A stretch of DNA of 62,921 bases, filler included, from an uncultured bacterium (GTDB lineage Bacteria > DYJV01), in the NCBI GenBank assembly GCA_964543655.1. It is 5 parts of 5 records of this genome, joined end to end, with 100 filler letters (N's around TTAATTAATTAA, not from the genome) between each part and the next. Parts side by side here need not be neighbours in the genome. Positions count along the whole stretch, not along the records: positions 1 to 22,680 come from CAZIZE010000010.1; 4 more parts are not named here. One strand, given 5' to 3'. Below are positions 1 through 9,926 of the stretch, one piece after another (within the stretch, counting starts at the first letter, position 1; each line of letters begins with the position of its first letter). The notes under the pieces were generated by a model. It was not told the DNA's origin. It saw only the letters and a program-made list of their open reading frames with translations, and made no database searches. The position numbers and the translations under genes were made by a program.

Positions 1-36
1 GCATGCAAAAAAACAATTGGTTTTGAGAATAAGTAA
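1..36 (+). CDS. Probable 3' end of an upstream gene (ACKKTIGFENK*), possibly an AAA ATPase
   Basis: Open frame from base 1 to TAA at 34-36; basic-IGF tail is common at AAA ATPase C-termini; only 11 codons visible. Confidence 0.35.
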   Translation, partial: ACKKTIGFENK

Positions 37-44
37 AGAGTCAA

Positions 45-65
45 TAGAGATCAGTGCGGAGTGCG
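45..65 (+). repeat. 21-bp direct repeat, copy 1 (TAGAGATCAGTGCGGAGTGCG)
   Basis: 20/21 identical to 3133-3153. Confidence 0.85.
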
Positions 66-71
66 GAGGAA

Positions 72-197
72 GGTTAAGGGTAAAGGGTTAAGGGTTAAGA
101 GTTAAGAGTTAAGAGTTAAAGGATAAAGGTTAAAGACAAAAAGACTAACGACTAACGACTAACGACTAAAGACTAAAGACTAATGACTAAATGTTAA
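72..197 (+). repeat. Degenerate heptamer tandem-repeat tract
   Basis: (G/A)GTTAAG units drifting into (A/C/T)GACTAA units, about 18 units of period 7. Confidence 0.9.
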
Positions 198-299
198 AAA
201 ATGAATATAGAACGCATTTACGCATGTTCGCATTAACTCATATTCGTTAAAAGTGTTCAAGGTTGAAGGATAAAGGGGGAAGTAAAACAAGGAGTGGGT

Positions 300-1223
300 A
301 TGAATGCTCTGGAAAATTCTTTAAAAGCTCTGCTTTTAATTGTGAATAAAAAAAGATTTACCACAAAGGATTTAGCTCAAGAGCTTGATTGCTCTGAACG
401 ACAGGCAAGAAGGTACATGAAAGTATTGAAAGATGCATTTAGAGATTCAATTATTCAAGAAAAGAAGGGGATTTACAAATGGAAAACAATTTCTGAGATT
501 GATGATAAACTTAAAGATTCATCTCTAATAAGATTAATGCGTGCATTGATAGAGCTTGGAGAAAACATACATAAAGACAAAACATACTGGAAGGATTTGA
601 AAAAGATATTTAAAACAAAGGATCTATCCAGACATGAATTAAACAAAATCATTTTTGATAGAGTTATATCCTATGAAAAAATAAGATACAACAAAGATCT
701 AATTGAAACAGCTATTAGCAAAGGGTATGTGTTAAAATTCAAATACAAAGATAAATATTACCACATAGAGCCATATCAGGTGCTTTTTTATTCAGGTATA
801 TGGTACGTGGCAGGTATTGATAGAGGAGAGGACAAAGTAAAAACATTCTCATTAGATTTAATGGAAAATGTTGAGTATTTAACAGATGAGATATTTTTAA
901 AAAAGAATTCAGTTTATAATGAGATTAAAGATTTAACATCTGTGTGGCAGGTTGGAGATAAAGAGAATTTTGAAAGTATAACAGTTGAGGTGAAAAAGGA
1001 AGTTGCAAATTATTTTCAGAGAAAAGAATATCTTTTTAAACAGCAAATTATCAGCACACAGCCCAATGGAAATATAATAATTAGCTTTTCAGTAAAAAAT
1101 GAAAATGATTTTAAAATTCAGATCTTCCACTGGTTGCCATATTTTAAGATTATAGAGCCTGAAAAGTATAAAAAACTTTATTTAAAAATATTAAACAATG
1201 CAATAGAGTTTCAAAACAACTAA
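300..1223 (+). CDS. HTH-WYL-WCX transcriptional regulator
   Basis: N-terminal wHTH (TTKDLAQELDCSERQARRYM), WYL core (IEPYQVLFYSGIWYVAG, KTFSLDLM), WCX-like tail (WLPYFKIIEP); AGGAG favours ATG 300 over GTG 294. Confidence 0.9.
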   Translation: MNALENSLKALLLIVNKKRFTTKDLAQELDCSERQARRYMKVLKDAFRDSIIQEKKGIYKWKTISEIDDKLKDSSLIRLMRALIELGENIHKDKTYWKDLKKIFKTKDLSRHELNKIIFDRVISYEKIRYNKDLIETAISKGYVLKFKYKDKYYHIEPYQVLFYSGIWYVAGIDRGEDKVKTFSLDLMENVEYLTDEIFLKKNSVYNEIKDLTSVWQVGDKENFESITVEVKKEVANYFQRKEYLFKQQIISTQPNGNIIISFSVKNENDFKIQIFHWLPYFKIIEPEKYKKLYLKILNNAIEFQNN

Positions 1224-1234
1224 AGGAGCTTGCA

Positions 1235-3124
1235 ATGAGCAAAATCTTAACAAATGAAACAAATCTTGATAGCCTAAAAAAAGCCATTTCAAATGCTAAA
1301 AAAAGGATTTACATTATTTCTCCATGGATCACTTCTGAAACATTTAAAAAAGTGTTTACAGAGGAGATTGTAAAAAGATTAATTACAAAAAAGATTAAGG
1401 TTAACATTGTAATAAGATTGAGCAGTATGGAAGATATAAAATACACAGATGAAGAATTTTTCAGATATGTGGATAGCTTTAAAAATGTTTTTTTAATAAA
1501 ATACAATAAAAATCTTCATTCCAAACTTTACATTGTTGATGATTTTTACGCATCAGTTGGATCTTACAATTTAACAGGTGGCGGATTTGGAGATGAGGAG
1601 AATAAAGGCACCAATATTGAAACAGGTTATGAATTAAAGGACAAAAAAGAGATAAAAGCAATAATTGAAATAGCTGAAAAAATATGGGAAGAATCAACAG
1701 AAATAGCAGATGATCTGCTTGGATTTACCTTAAATGAAACAACACATCACAGCTTTGTAATAGCAGGGATAAGACCGCTTGAGAATGGTAAATTTGTTGA
1801 AATAAGAGAAAATGGTAATGAAATAGTACTTGGCCAGATTGGAGAAGTGAGAAAGTACAACTTTTCATTTTTCAATGAGCCCACACTTGAAGAGAACAAT
1901 GAAAGTTTAATAAGTACATTTTCCAACTTCTCAGAGCTTGCAAACAAAATAAAAGGCATAATCAGTGCAAACAGCCTGGAGTATGGACAGCTAAATGTGG
2001 GCAATGTTAACATAATAGGAAGATTTTTTATTAAAAATAAAGAAATAATAAGAGAAGACAATAAAATAGCACCTGATGTTGCAAAAGAGGTTTATATTGC
2101 TTCATCAGAAATATTAAAGGCATTGTTTTCCAATCGCTATTGCAGTCCAGCAGTTCTATATTCCAACAGAGAAGTTGAGGCAGGAATAGATCCAGATGAA
2201 ATTATTACAAAACACATGGCAGTGTTTGGTACAACTGGATCAGGTAAATCTTATTTTGTAAAAAAGATGATTGATAAATATCTATATGAGTACTTTGTGA
2301 AATCTAAAAAAGCAAGAATAATAATTTTTGATCCTCATGGTGAGTATAAAAAAGATTTAAAAAAATTATCGTCTAAGAATGTGATAGATTATCAAGAATG
2401 TATAAAAAGGAAGTATTTAACCTACTATATTGCAGATGAAGATGACTTTTGCGAGTATTTTAAAATCAGGAAAAATACCAAAGTTGCAGGTGCAATAGCT
2501 GATATATTCAGCTACAATGTTGTAAGCAATAAAAACATAAAAGAATTACTTGAAGAAAAGGGCATAAATGGAGATTTTATAAAATACTTAGAAGATGCAA
2601 TAAAAAACAATGAAATATCATTTGATGAACCAGATGAGATATGGAAGGATTTTAAGAAACCAGATATTTACTGCATATCATTTGATGAAATAGGAGAATT
2701 AGAGGATATGTGGACGATAACAGGAAATATAGTGTCAAGTGTTTTTAATCATGCAAAATCAAGTAAAAATTTTCCAACACTGTTTGTAATAGAGGAAGCT
2801 CATAATTTTGTACCAGAGGGAGAAGGTAAGAATAATTATTCAGCAAAAGCAATAAGACAGATAGCAAGAGAGGGAAGGAAGTTTCAGGTTGGTATGATTG
2901 TAATTACCCAGAGGCCAGCGTATGTGTCAAAGGATATTCTCAGCCAATGCTCAACACAGGCAATATTCAGACTGATAAATTCAAATGATATATCACAGGT
3001 TGCAGATGTGGTAGAGGGAATAGGCAAGGAAGAGCTAATAAGACTTCCTCACTATACTCAGGGACAGTGTATTTTTACTGGAGTTGGGATAGAATCACCT
3101 GTGGTGGTGAAAATCAATATGTAG
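1235..3124 (+). CDS. PLD (single HKD) nuclease domain fused to HAS-barrel plus HerA-family ATPase
   Basis: SPWIT; HSKLYIVD (HxKxxxxD) and GSYNLT; Walker A GTTGSGKS; FDPHGEY; Walker B VIEEAHNF; REGRKF; TQRP. Confidence 0.9.
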   Translation: MSKILTNETNLDSLKKAISNAKKRIYIISPWITSETFKKVFTEEIVKRLITKKIKVNIVIRLSSMEDIKYTDEEFFRYVDSFKNVFLIKYNKNLHSKLYIVDDFYASVGSYNLTGGGFGDEENKGTNIETGYELKDKKEIKAIIEIAEKIWEESTEIADDLLGFTLNETTHHSFVIAGIRPLENGKFVEIRENGNEIVLGQIGEVRKYNFSFFNEPTLEENNESLISTFSNFSELANKIKGIISANSLEYGQLNVGNVNIIGRFFIKNKEIIREDNKIAPDVAKEVYIASSEILKALFSNRYCSPAVLYSNREVEAGIDPDEIITKHMAVFGTTGSGKSYFVKKMIDKYLYEYFVKSKKARIIIFDPHGEYKKDLKKLSSKNVIDYQECIKRKYLTYYIADEDDFCEYFKIRKNTKVAGAIADIFSYNVVSNKNIKELLEEKGINGDFIKYLEDAIKNNEISFDEPDEIWKDFKKPDIYCISFDEIGELEDMWTITGNIVSSVFNHAKSSKNFPTLFVIEEAHNFVPEGEGKNNYSAKAIRQIAREGRKFQVGMIVITQRPAYVSKDILSQCSTQAIFRLINSNDISQVADVVEGIGKEELIRLPHYTQGQCIFTGVGIESPVVVKINM

Positions 3125-3132
3125 TAAGTGGT

Positions 3133-3197
3133 TAGAAATCAGTGCGGAGTGCGTTGAAATTAGTGCGCAGTATTTAGTACATAGTGCGTAGTAAAAA
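3133..3197 (+). repeat. Direct repeat copy 2 (3133-3153) continuing into AGTGCG(N)-type heptamers
   Basis: TAGAAATCAGTGCGGAGTGCG, then AGTGCGC AGTATTT AGTACAT AGTGCGT. Confidence 0.85.
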
Positions 3198-3235
3198 TAA
3201 TTAAAAATTTTAAATTTTGAACGGTCTCAAGATAA

Positions 3236-3265
3236 TTGGCAGGTGGCTTAGTGCCACTCTGCCAA
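3236..3265 (-). terminator. Stem-loop downstream of clpB, possibly bidirectional
   Basis: TTGGCAG-GTGGC-ttagt-GCCAC-t-CTGCCAA between convergent genes. Confidence 0.6.
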
Positions 3266-3269
3266 ACAA

Positions 3270-5876
3270 TTAGTTATTCTTTTTAAAAACTATTTTTTCC
3301 TGATTTTCATCATAATCTACCAAAATATGGTCACCTGGTTTAATATTTCCAGCAATAATCTCTTTTGAGAGAGCATTTTCAATATATCGTTGTATAGCTC
3401 TTCTCAATGGCCTTGCTCCATAATGAGGATCATAGCCAACAGTTGCTATAAAATCTTCTGCTTTGTCAGTTAATTCTATTTTAATGTCATTATCCTGCAA
3501 TCTTTTGTTCAATGATTTTATTTGCAATTTCAATATTTCTTTAATATTTTCCTTTGTTAAGCCATGGAATACTACTATTTCATCCACTCTATTTAAAAAC
3601 TCTGGTTTAAAGTAATTTGTCAACATATTGATAACTGTATTTTTTACTTTTTCAAAATCTTCATCTGGTTTATAATTTAAAATAGTTTCACTGCCTATGT
3701 TAGATGTCATAATTATTACAGTATTTTTAAAGTCAACAGTTCTTCCCTGCGAATCAGTTAACCTGCCATCATCCAATATTTGTAATAAGATGTTAAAAAC
3801 ATCAGGATGCGCTTTTTCAATTTCATCAAGTAGAATTACAGAATATGGCTTTCTCCTCACTGCTTCTGTTAACTGTCCACCTTCCTCATATCCAACATAT
3901 CCTGGAGGTGCACCAATTAATTTAGCAACAGTATGTCTTTCCATAAATTCACTCATATCAAGCCTAATAATACTATTTTCATCATCAAAGAGGCTTTCAG
4001 CAAGTGTTTTTGCAAGCTCTGTTTTACCAACACCTGTTGGTCCAAGGAATATGAAACTACCTATTGGTCTTGTGGGATCTTTTAAACCAGCTCTTGCCCT
4101 CAATATTGCCTGAGCAACTGCTGTTACTGCTTCATCCTGACCAATTACTCTCTCATGTAGATGTTTTTCAAGGTTTAAAAGCTTCTGCTTTTCACCTTCA
4201 AGAAGTTTTGTTACTGGTATTCCAGTCCATCTTGATAAAACAAGAGCAATATCATCCTCATCAACTTCCTCTTTTAAAAGTTTATTTCCAGACCTGCTTC
4301 TTGCCTGCTCCTCTTTCTCTTTCAACTTCATTTCAAGCTCTCTTAATTTGCCATATTTTAATTGAGCAGCTTTGTTTAAATCATACTCTCTTTCTGCTCT
4401 CTCTATTTCAAGTTTGATTTCCTCTATTTCACGTTTAATATCACGTATCTCTTGAATTATCTCTTTTTCTTGCTTCCATTGAGCTTCAAGCTGTGTTTTT
4501 TTCTCTTTTAAATTTGCAAGCTCTTTATTTATATTTTCAAGTCGTTTTTTTGAACCTTCATCTGATTCTTTTTTAAGAGCCTGTGCTTCTATCTCAAGCT
4601 GCATAACCTTTCTTGTTATTTCATCAAGCTCACTTGGCATGGAATCTATCTCAGTTCTCAATCTTGCAGCTGCTTCATCAACAAGGTCAATTGCTTTATC
4701 TGGTAAAAATCTGTCACTAATATACCTGTGACTAAGAACTGCTGCTGCAACTAAAGCTGAGTCTTTAATTCTCACACCATGATGGTTTTCATATTTCTCT
4801 TTTAAACCTCGTAATATTGAAATAGTGTCCTCAACAGAAGGCTCACTAACAAGAACTGGTTGAAACCTTCTTTCAAGAGCAGCATCTTTTTCTATATATT
4901 TTTTATATTCATTTAAAGTTGTTGCTCCAATACAGTGTAATTCTCCCCTTGCAAGCATAGGTTTTAATAAATTTCCTGCATCCATTGCTCCCTCAGCTGC
5001 TCCTGCACCAACAACAGTGTGCAATTCATCTATAAATAGTATAATTTTACCCTCTGATTTCTGCACTTCTTTTAAAACAGCTTTTAGCCTCTCTTCAAAT
5101 TCACCTCTAAATTTTGCACCAGCAATTAATGCTCCCATGTCAAGAGCAAGGATTTCTTTATCTTTTAAGCCTTCTGGCACATCTTTATTTACAATTCTTT
5201 GTGCTAAACCTTCCACAATAGCTGTTTTACCAACTCCTGGCTCTCCAATTAAAACAGGATTGTTCTTTGTTCTCCTTGAGAGCACCTGAATAACCCTTCT
5301 AATCTCATCATCTCTACCAATAACAGGATCAAGTTTGCCTTCAGCAGCTTTTTTGGTTAAATTAATTGCAAATTTATCAAGTGCATTCATAGTTGCTTCT
5401 GGATTTTGATTTGTCACTTTTTCGTCCCCCCTTATATTTTTTATTAAACTTTCAAGGTTATCTTTATAAATTCCATATTTATTCAAAATTTGAATTATTT
5501 TGTCTGAGCTATCAAGTGCAAATAAACTTAAAAACAATATTTCTACACTTAAAAATTCATCTCCCCATTTTTTCATCTCATTTTCAGCTTCAATAAAAAC
5601 TCTATTTAACCTATTTGTAATATAAATTTGCCCACTATCAGCTCCAGGTCCAGAAACTTGTGGAATTTTCTCTATCTCTGCATTTATATCTTTTTTCAAA
5701 GATTCAATATCTACATTCATTGATGTTAATATTGTGGGAACAAGTCCCCCTTCTTGAGTGATTAATGTATATACAAGATGCTCAACATCAACGTTTTGAT
5801 TTCTTCTCTGAATTGCTAATTTTTGGGCATCTTGCAATGCTTCAATTGATTTTTGTGTTAATTTATTTAAATCCAT
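3270..5876 (-). CDS. clpB: Chaperone ClpB
   Basis: Two AAA+ modules ([16 protein letters not shown]), long coiled-coil M domain, 868 aa. Confidence 0.97.
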   Translation of the reverse strand: MDLNKLTQKSIEALQDAQKLAIQRRNQNVDVEHLVYTLITQEGGLVPTILTSMNVDIESLKKDINAEIEKIPQVSGPGADSGQIYITNRLNRVFIEAENEMKKWGDEFLSVEILFLSLFALDSSDKIIQILNKYGIYKDNLESLIKNIRGDEKVTNQNPEATMNALDKFAINLTKKAAEGKLDPVIGRDDEIRRVIQVLSRRTKNNPVLIGEPGVGKTAIVEGLAQRIVNKDVPEGLKDKEILALDMGALIAGAKFRGEFEERLKAVLKEVQKSEGKIILFIDELHTVVGAGAAEGAMDAGNLLKPMLARGELHCIGATTLNEYKKYIEKDAALERRFQPVLVSEPSVEDTISILRGLKEKYENHHGVRIKDSALVAAAVLSHRYISDRFLPDKAIDLVDEAAARLRTEIDSMPSELDEITRKVMQLEIEAQALKKESDEGSKKRLENINKELANLKEKKTQLEAQWKQEKEIIQEIRDIKREIEEIKLEIERAEREYDLNKAAQLKYGKLRELEMKLKEKEEQARSRSGNKLLKEEVDEDDIALVLSRWTGIPVTKLLEGEKQKLLNLEKHLHERVIGQDEAVTAVAQAILRARAGLKDPTRPIGSFIFLGPTGVGKTELAKTLAESLFDDENSIIRLDMSEFMERHTVAKLIGAPPGYVGYEEGGQLTEAVRRKPYSVILLDEIEKAHPDVFNILLQILDDGRLTDSQGRTVDFKNTVIIMTSNIGSETILNYKPDEDFEKVKNTVINMLTNYFKPEFLNRVDEIVVFHGLTKENIKEILKLQIKSLNKRLQDNDIKIELTDKAEDFIATVGYDPHYGARPLRRAIQRYIENALSKEIIAGNIKPGDHILVDYDENQEKIVFKKNN

Positions 5877-6027
5877 TTTTCCCTCCTTAAAATAAAGTTT
5901 AAAAATTAATTATTTTTAAATTCCATTACTACATTTTATATCCTAACTTACCCAACCTCTGTTATCCATATTCCATAATCAATCTCTAATTAAAATAGTT
6001 TCAATTTAATATTAGTCAATTTTTTAT

Positions 6028-6056
6028 TTGACTATATAGAGAAACTTTAATATAAT
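6028..6056 (+). promoter_or_regulatory. Sigma70 promoter for xseA operon
   Basis: TTGACT-17 bp-TATAAT, ending 7 nt before the ATG. Confidence 0.7.
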
Positions 6057-6063
6057 TTAGTTT

Positions 6064-7422
6064 ATGGCAGAAATTTTACCTATTTTAGATAAAAGATTTT
6101 ACACAGTTTCTGAATTAACAGAAGAGATAAAATATCTTATTGAAGATGAATTTTTTGATATCTGGATTGTTGGTGAAGTTTCCAACATTGCTACACCAAT
6201 GTCTGGGCATACCTATTTTACTTTAAAAGATAAAAAAGCATCAATTAGAGCTGTTCTTTTCAAGGGACAAAAAAGTTTAATAAATTATAATTTTAAAAAT
6301 GGTGAGGAAGTTCTTGTTAGAGGGAGGCTATCCCTGTATGAGCCAAGGGGAGAGTATCAGATAATAGTTGATTATCTTGAGCCTTATGGAATTGGTAAAT
6401 TATATTTGAAAATAGAGCAGTTGAAAAAGAAACTTGCTAAAGAAGGGTTATTTGATAAAAAGTATAAAAAAGAAATTCCAAAATTTCCTGAAAAAATTGG
6501 CGTTATAACTTCAATTACAGGAGCAGCTATTCATGATATATTAAATGTATTAAAAAGAAGATTTGCAGGTATAGAATTATTCATATACCCAGTAAAAGTG
6601 CAGGGTGATGATGCTCCAGGTTTTATAGTAGATGCTTTTAAATTTTTTGAAAATTTCAGAGAAAAAATTGATGTAATTATTATTGCAAGAGGTGGAGGCA
6701 GTTTAGAAGACCTTATGCCATTTAATAGTGAAGATGTTGCAAGGGCTATTTTTCAATCAAGTATCCCTGTTATTTCTGCTGTGGGTCATGAAACTGATTA
6801 TTCAATAGCAGATTTTGTTGCAGACCTTAGAGCACCCACTCCATCAGCAGCAGCAGAGATAGTAGTGAAAAACAAGCATGAGGTAATATTGCATTTGGAT
6901 AATTTAACAAAAAGGCTTACGCTTTTAATGAATAGCACTCTTTCTAAATACAAAAGTAAAATTTCAAATATTTCACAAAAATTAACTAATTTTAACTGGA
7001 AATTATATAATTTAAAAAGTAAAGTTTATAACTTAGAGAAAGACCTTATTGTTTTTTATAAAAATTACCTAAAAGAGAGAGAAAATAGAATAAAAAATTT
7101 ACACTTAAAGTTATTACAACACACGCCTGAAATGAGAATAAAAAATTTTAAAGATAAACTTGATTATTTATCAAAGAATCTATATAAAAGATACTTTGCT
7201 CTTCATAAAATCAAAAAAGATAAATTTACAAATTTAATGCAGAGCCTTCACTATTTGAGCCCATTAAATATTTTAAACAGAGGTTATGCTCTGGTTCAAA
7301 AAGATGGGAAATTAGTTTCATCAGTGAAGCATATTAATACACAGGATAATATAAATATAAAATTATCTGACGGTGAAATTTTGGCAACTGTAAATAGCAT
7401 TAATAATAAAGTGGAGAGTTAA
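6064..7422 (+). CDS. xseA: Exodeoxyribonuclease VII large subunit
   Basis: SGHTYFTLKD, RGGGSLEDL, SAVGHETD, APTPSAAAE. Confidence 0.96.
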   Translation: MAEILPILDKRFYTVSELTEEIKYLIEDEFFDIWIVGEVSNIATPMSGHTYFTLKDKKASIRAVLFKGQKSLINYNFKNGEEVLVRGRLSLYEPRGEYQIIVDYLEPYGIGKLYLKIEQLKKKLAKEGLFDKKYKKEIPKFPEKIGVITSITGAAIHDILNVLKRRFAGIELFIYPVKVQGDDAPGFIVDAFKFFENFREKIDVIIIARGGGSLEDLMPFNSEDVARAIFQSSIPVISAVGHETDYSIADFVADLRAPTPSAAAEIVVKNKHEVILHLDNLTKRLTLLMNSTLSKYKSKISNISQKLTNFNWKLYNLKSKVYNLEKDLIVFYKNYLKERENRIKNLHLKLLQHTPEMRIKNFKDKLDYLSKNLYKRYFALHKIKKDKFTNLMQSLHYLSPLNILNRGYALVQKDGKLVSSVKHINTQDNINIKLSDGEILATVNSINNKVES

Positions 7423-8537
7423 TGGTGAAAACTATTTTCTTGTCACCACCTCACATGGGAGGCAATGAGCTAAAATATATAGAAGATGTTTTTAAAAGCA
7501 ACTATATTGCACCTGTTGGTGAGTATATAGATAGATTTGAAAAAACAGTTTCTGATTTTGTAGATATAAAATATGCAGCAGCAGTTAGTTCAGGTACTGC
7601 TGCTATTCACCTTGCTCTAAAGGTTTTAGGAATAGGCAAAGGTGATGTGGTGCTTTGTTCCACATTTACTTTTATTGGCTCTGTATCTCCTGTGATTTTT
7701 CAAAATGCAACACCAGTTTTTATAGATAGTGAGCTTCAGTCATGGAATCTTGACCCCCTGCTACTAATTGAAGCAATAGATTTTTTTAAAAAAAAGGGGA
7801 TTAAACCAAAAGCTCTTATTGTAACTCATATTTATGGTCAACCTGCAAATATTGAAAAAATATATGAAATATGCAGGGAAAACAATATATTTTTAATAGA
7901 AGATGCAGCAGAATCACTTGGTGCAAAGTTCAATGGTAAATTTACAGGAACATTTGGTGAAATTGGTATTTTTTCTTTTAATGGTAATAAAATTATTACA
8001 ACCTCAGGTGGTGGAATGCTGGTTAGCAATAATGAAGAGTATGTTAAAAAAGCAAAATTTTACTCAACACAGGCTAAAGAAAATTTTCCATGGTATGAGC
8101 ATAATGAGATTGGCTATAATTACAGAATGAGTAATGTGCTTGCAGCAATAGGTGTGGGACAGATGGAGGTCTTGAAAGAAAGGATTGATAAAAAAAGAGA
8201 AATTTTCCGGTGTTATGCGGATAAACTTAAAGAAGTGGATGATGTTTATTTTATGCCTGAATTAAAGAATAGCTTTGGAAATAGATGGCTTACAACTATT
8301 ATTTTAAAAAAGGGAGACCCTTTAAAAATTATAGAGAAACTTTCAAAGCATAGAATTGAGGCAAGACCTCTTTGGAAGCCAATGCATCTTCAACCTGTTT
8401 TTAAGGGGGCAAAATGCTTTTTAAATGGCGTTAGTGAAGATTTGTTTAAGAAAGGGCTCTGTTTACCAAGTGGAACTACATTAACAGAAGATGATATTGA
8501 GGAAATTTCAAGTATCATTAAAGAGGAGCTAATATGA
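7422..8537 (+). CDS. DegT/DnrJ/EryC1/StrS sugar aminotransferase (PglE/EpsN-like)
   Basis: SSGTAAIHLAL, EDAAESLG, SFNGNKIITTSGGG, GYNYRMSN. Confidence 0.92.
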   Translation: MVKTIFLSPPHMGGNELKYIEDVFKSNYIAPVGEYIDRFEKTVSDFVDIKYAAAVSSGTAAIHLALKVLGIGKGDVVLCSTFTFIGSVSPVIFQNATPVFIDSELQSWNLDPLLLIEAIDFFKKKGIKPKALIVTHIYGQPANIEKIYEICRENNIFLIEDAAESLGAKFNGKFTGTFGEIGIFSFNGNKIITTSGGGMLVSNNEEYVKKAKFYSTQAKENFPWYEHNEIGYNYRMSNVLAAIGVGQMEVLKERIDKKREIFRCYADKLKEVDDVYFMPELKNSFGNRWLTTIILKKGDPLKIIEKLSKHRIEARPLWKPMHLQPVFKGAKCFLNGVSEDLFKKGLCLPSGTTLTEDDIEEISSIIKEELI

Positions 8538-9916
8538 AGCCTTGGGGAGGAAGATTTAAAGAAGAGACCAAAAAGATAGTAGATGAATTTAATGCATCAA
8601 TTAGTTTTGATAAAAGACTCTTTTTTGAAGATATTGAAGGGAGTATTGCTCACTGCAAAATGCTTGTTAAGCAGGGGATTTTAACCCAGGATGAAGGAAA
8701 GAAAATCATAGATGGTCTTAATCAAATTTTAGATGAAATTAATGAAGGTAAATTTCAATTTAAAGAAGAATTAGAAGATATTCATATGAATATTGAAGCA
8801 AGGTTAATAGAGCTTATAGGGGATACAGGAGGGAAACTTCACACTGCTCGTAGCAGAAATGACCAGGTTAGTGTTGATGTAAAAATGTATGTTCGAAAAG
8901 AGTGTGTTAATATAAAAAATATTCTTTTAAAGTTAATTGAAGTTTTTGTAAAAAAAGCTGATGAAAATTTTGGAATTGTAATGCCAGGTTTTACTCATTT
9001 ACAGCAAGCACAACCTGTTTTGCTCTCTCACTATTTATTAGCATATGTTGAAATGTTTAAAAGAGACTTTTTTAGATTTAGCTCAATTCAAGAGAGAATT
9101 TCTCAATGCCCACTTGGTGCGGGAGCGCTTGCAGGCACAACTTTTCCTATTGATAGATTTTTTACTGCAAATTTATTAGGTTTTGACTCACCAACTGATA
9201 ATAGCATTGATACTGTGGCTGATAGAGATTTTGTAGTTGAATTTATTTCAAACTCCTCTATAGTTATGATGCATTTAAGCAAACTATCAGAGGAGCTTAT
9301 TCTCTGGTCTACTTCACAGTTTAACTTTATTGAGATAAGCGATGGTTTTTGTACAGGTAGTAGCATAATGCCACAGAAAAAAAATCCAGATATTCCTGAA
9401 CTCATCAGAGGGAAAACAGGGAGAGTTTATGGAAATCTTATCTCCATATTAACCACTTTAAAAGCCTTACCTCTTGCTTATAACAAGGATATGCAGGAAG
9501 ATAAGGAGCCGCTATTTGACACTGTAGATACAGTAAAAAAGAGCCTTTTGATTACAATTGATATGATAAAAGAGATTAAATTTAAAAATAAAGAGCTTGA
9601 AAAATGGGCAGATAGCGGATTTTCTACTGCCACAGAAATTGCAGATTATCTTTCAAATAAAGGAATGGCTTTTAGAAATGCACATAAAGTTACTGGACAA
9701 ATAGTTAAATATTGTATAGATAGCAATAAAGAGTTATTTGATTTGAGTATAGAAGAATTTAGAAAATTTTCAAACCTATTTGATAAAGATATTTTTAACT
9801 TTATTAAAGTTGAGTCAGCTATTAATAGACGTAACTCTTATGGTGGCACAGCTGGTGATTGTGTAAAAGAGCAAATTAAGAGGAATTATCAGTTTATAGA
9901 GAAATTTAAAAAATAA
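8534..9916 (+). CDS. argH: Argininosuccinate lyase
   Basis: WGGRF, HTARSRNDQ, GSSIMPQKKNPD. Confidence 0.97.
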   Translation: MKPWGGRFKEETKKIVDEFNASISFDKRLFFEDIEGSIAHCKMLVKQGILTQDEGKKIIDGLNQILDEINEGKFQFKEELEDIHMNIEARLIELIGDTGGKLHTARSRNDQVSVDVKMYVRKECVNIKNILLKLIEVFVKKADENFGIVMPGFTHLQQAQPVLLSHYLLAYVEMFKRDFFRFSSIQERISQCPLGAGALAGTTFPIDRFFTANLLGFDSPTDNSIDTVADRDFVVEFISNSSIVMMHLSKLSEELILWSTSQFNFIEISDGFCTGSSIMPQKKNPDIPELIRGKTGRVYGNLISILTTLKALPLAYNKDMQEDKEPLFDTVDTVKKSLLITIDMIKEIKFKNKELEKWADSGFSTATEIADYLSNKGMAFRNAHKVTGQIVKYCIDSNKELFDLSIEEFRKFSNLFDKDIFNFIKVESAINRRNSYGGTAGDCVKEQIKRNYQFIEKFKK

Positions 9917-9926
9917 GGGGGGTATT

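Noticed and set aside
45-65. Integron attC sites
   Set aside because: No RYYYAAC/GTTRRRY-bounded palindrome and no integrase seen
72-197. Possible CRISPR array
   Set aside because: Contiguous 7-mers without unique spacers; no cas genes
3697-5596. Plus-strand ORFs inside clpB, and similar short antisense ORFs throughout
   Set aside because: Shadows of well-supported genes; no motifs
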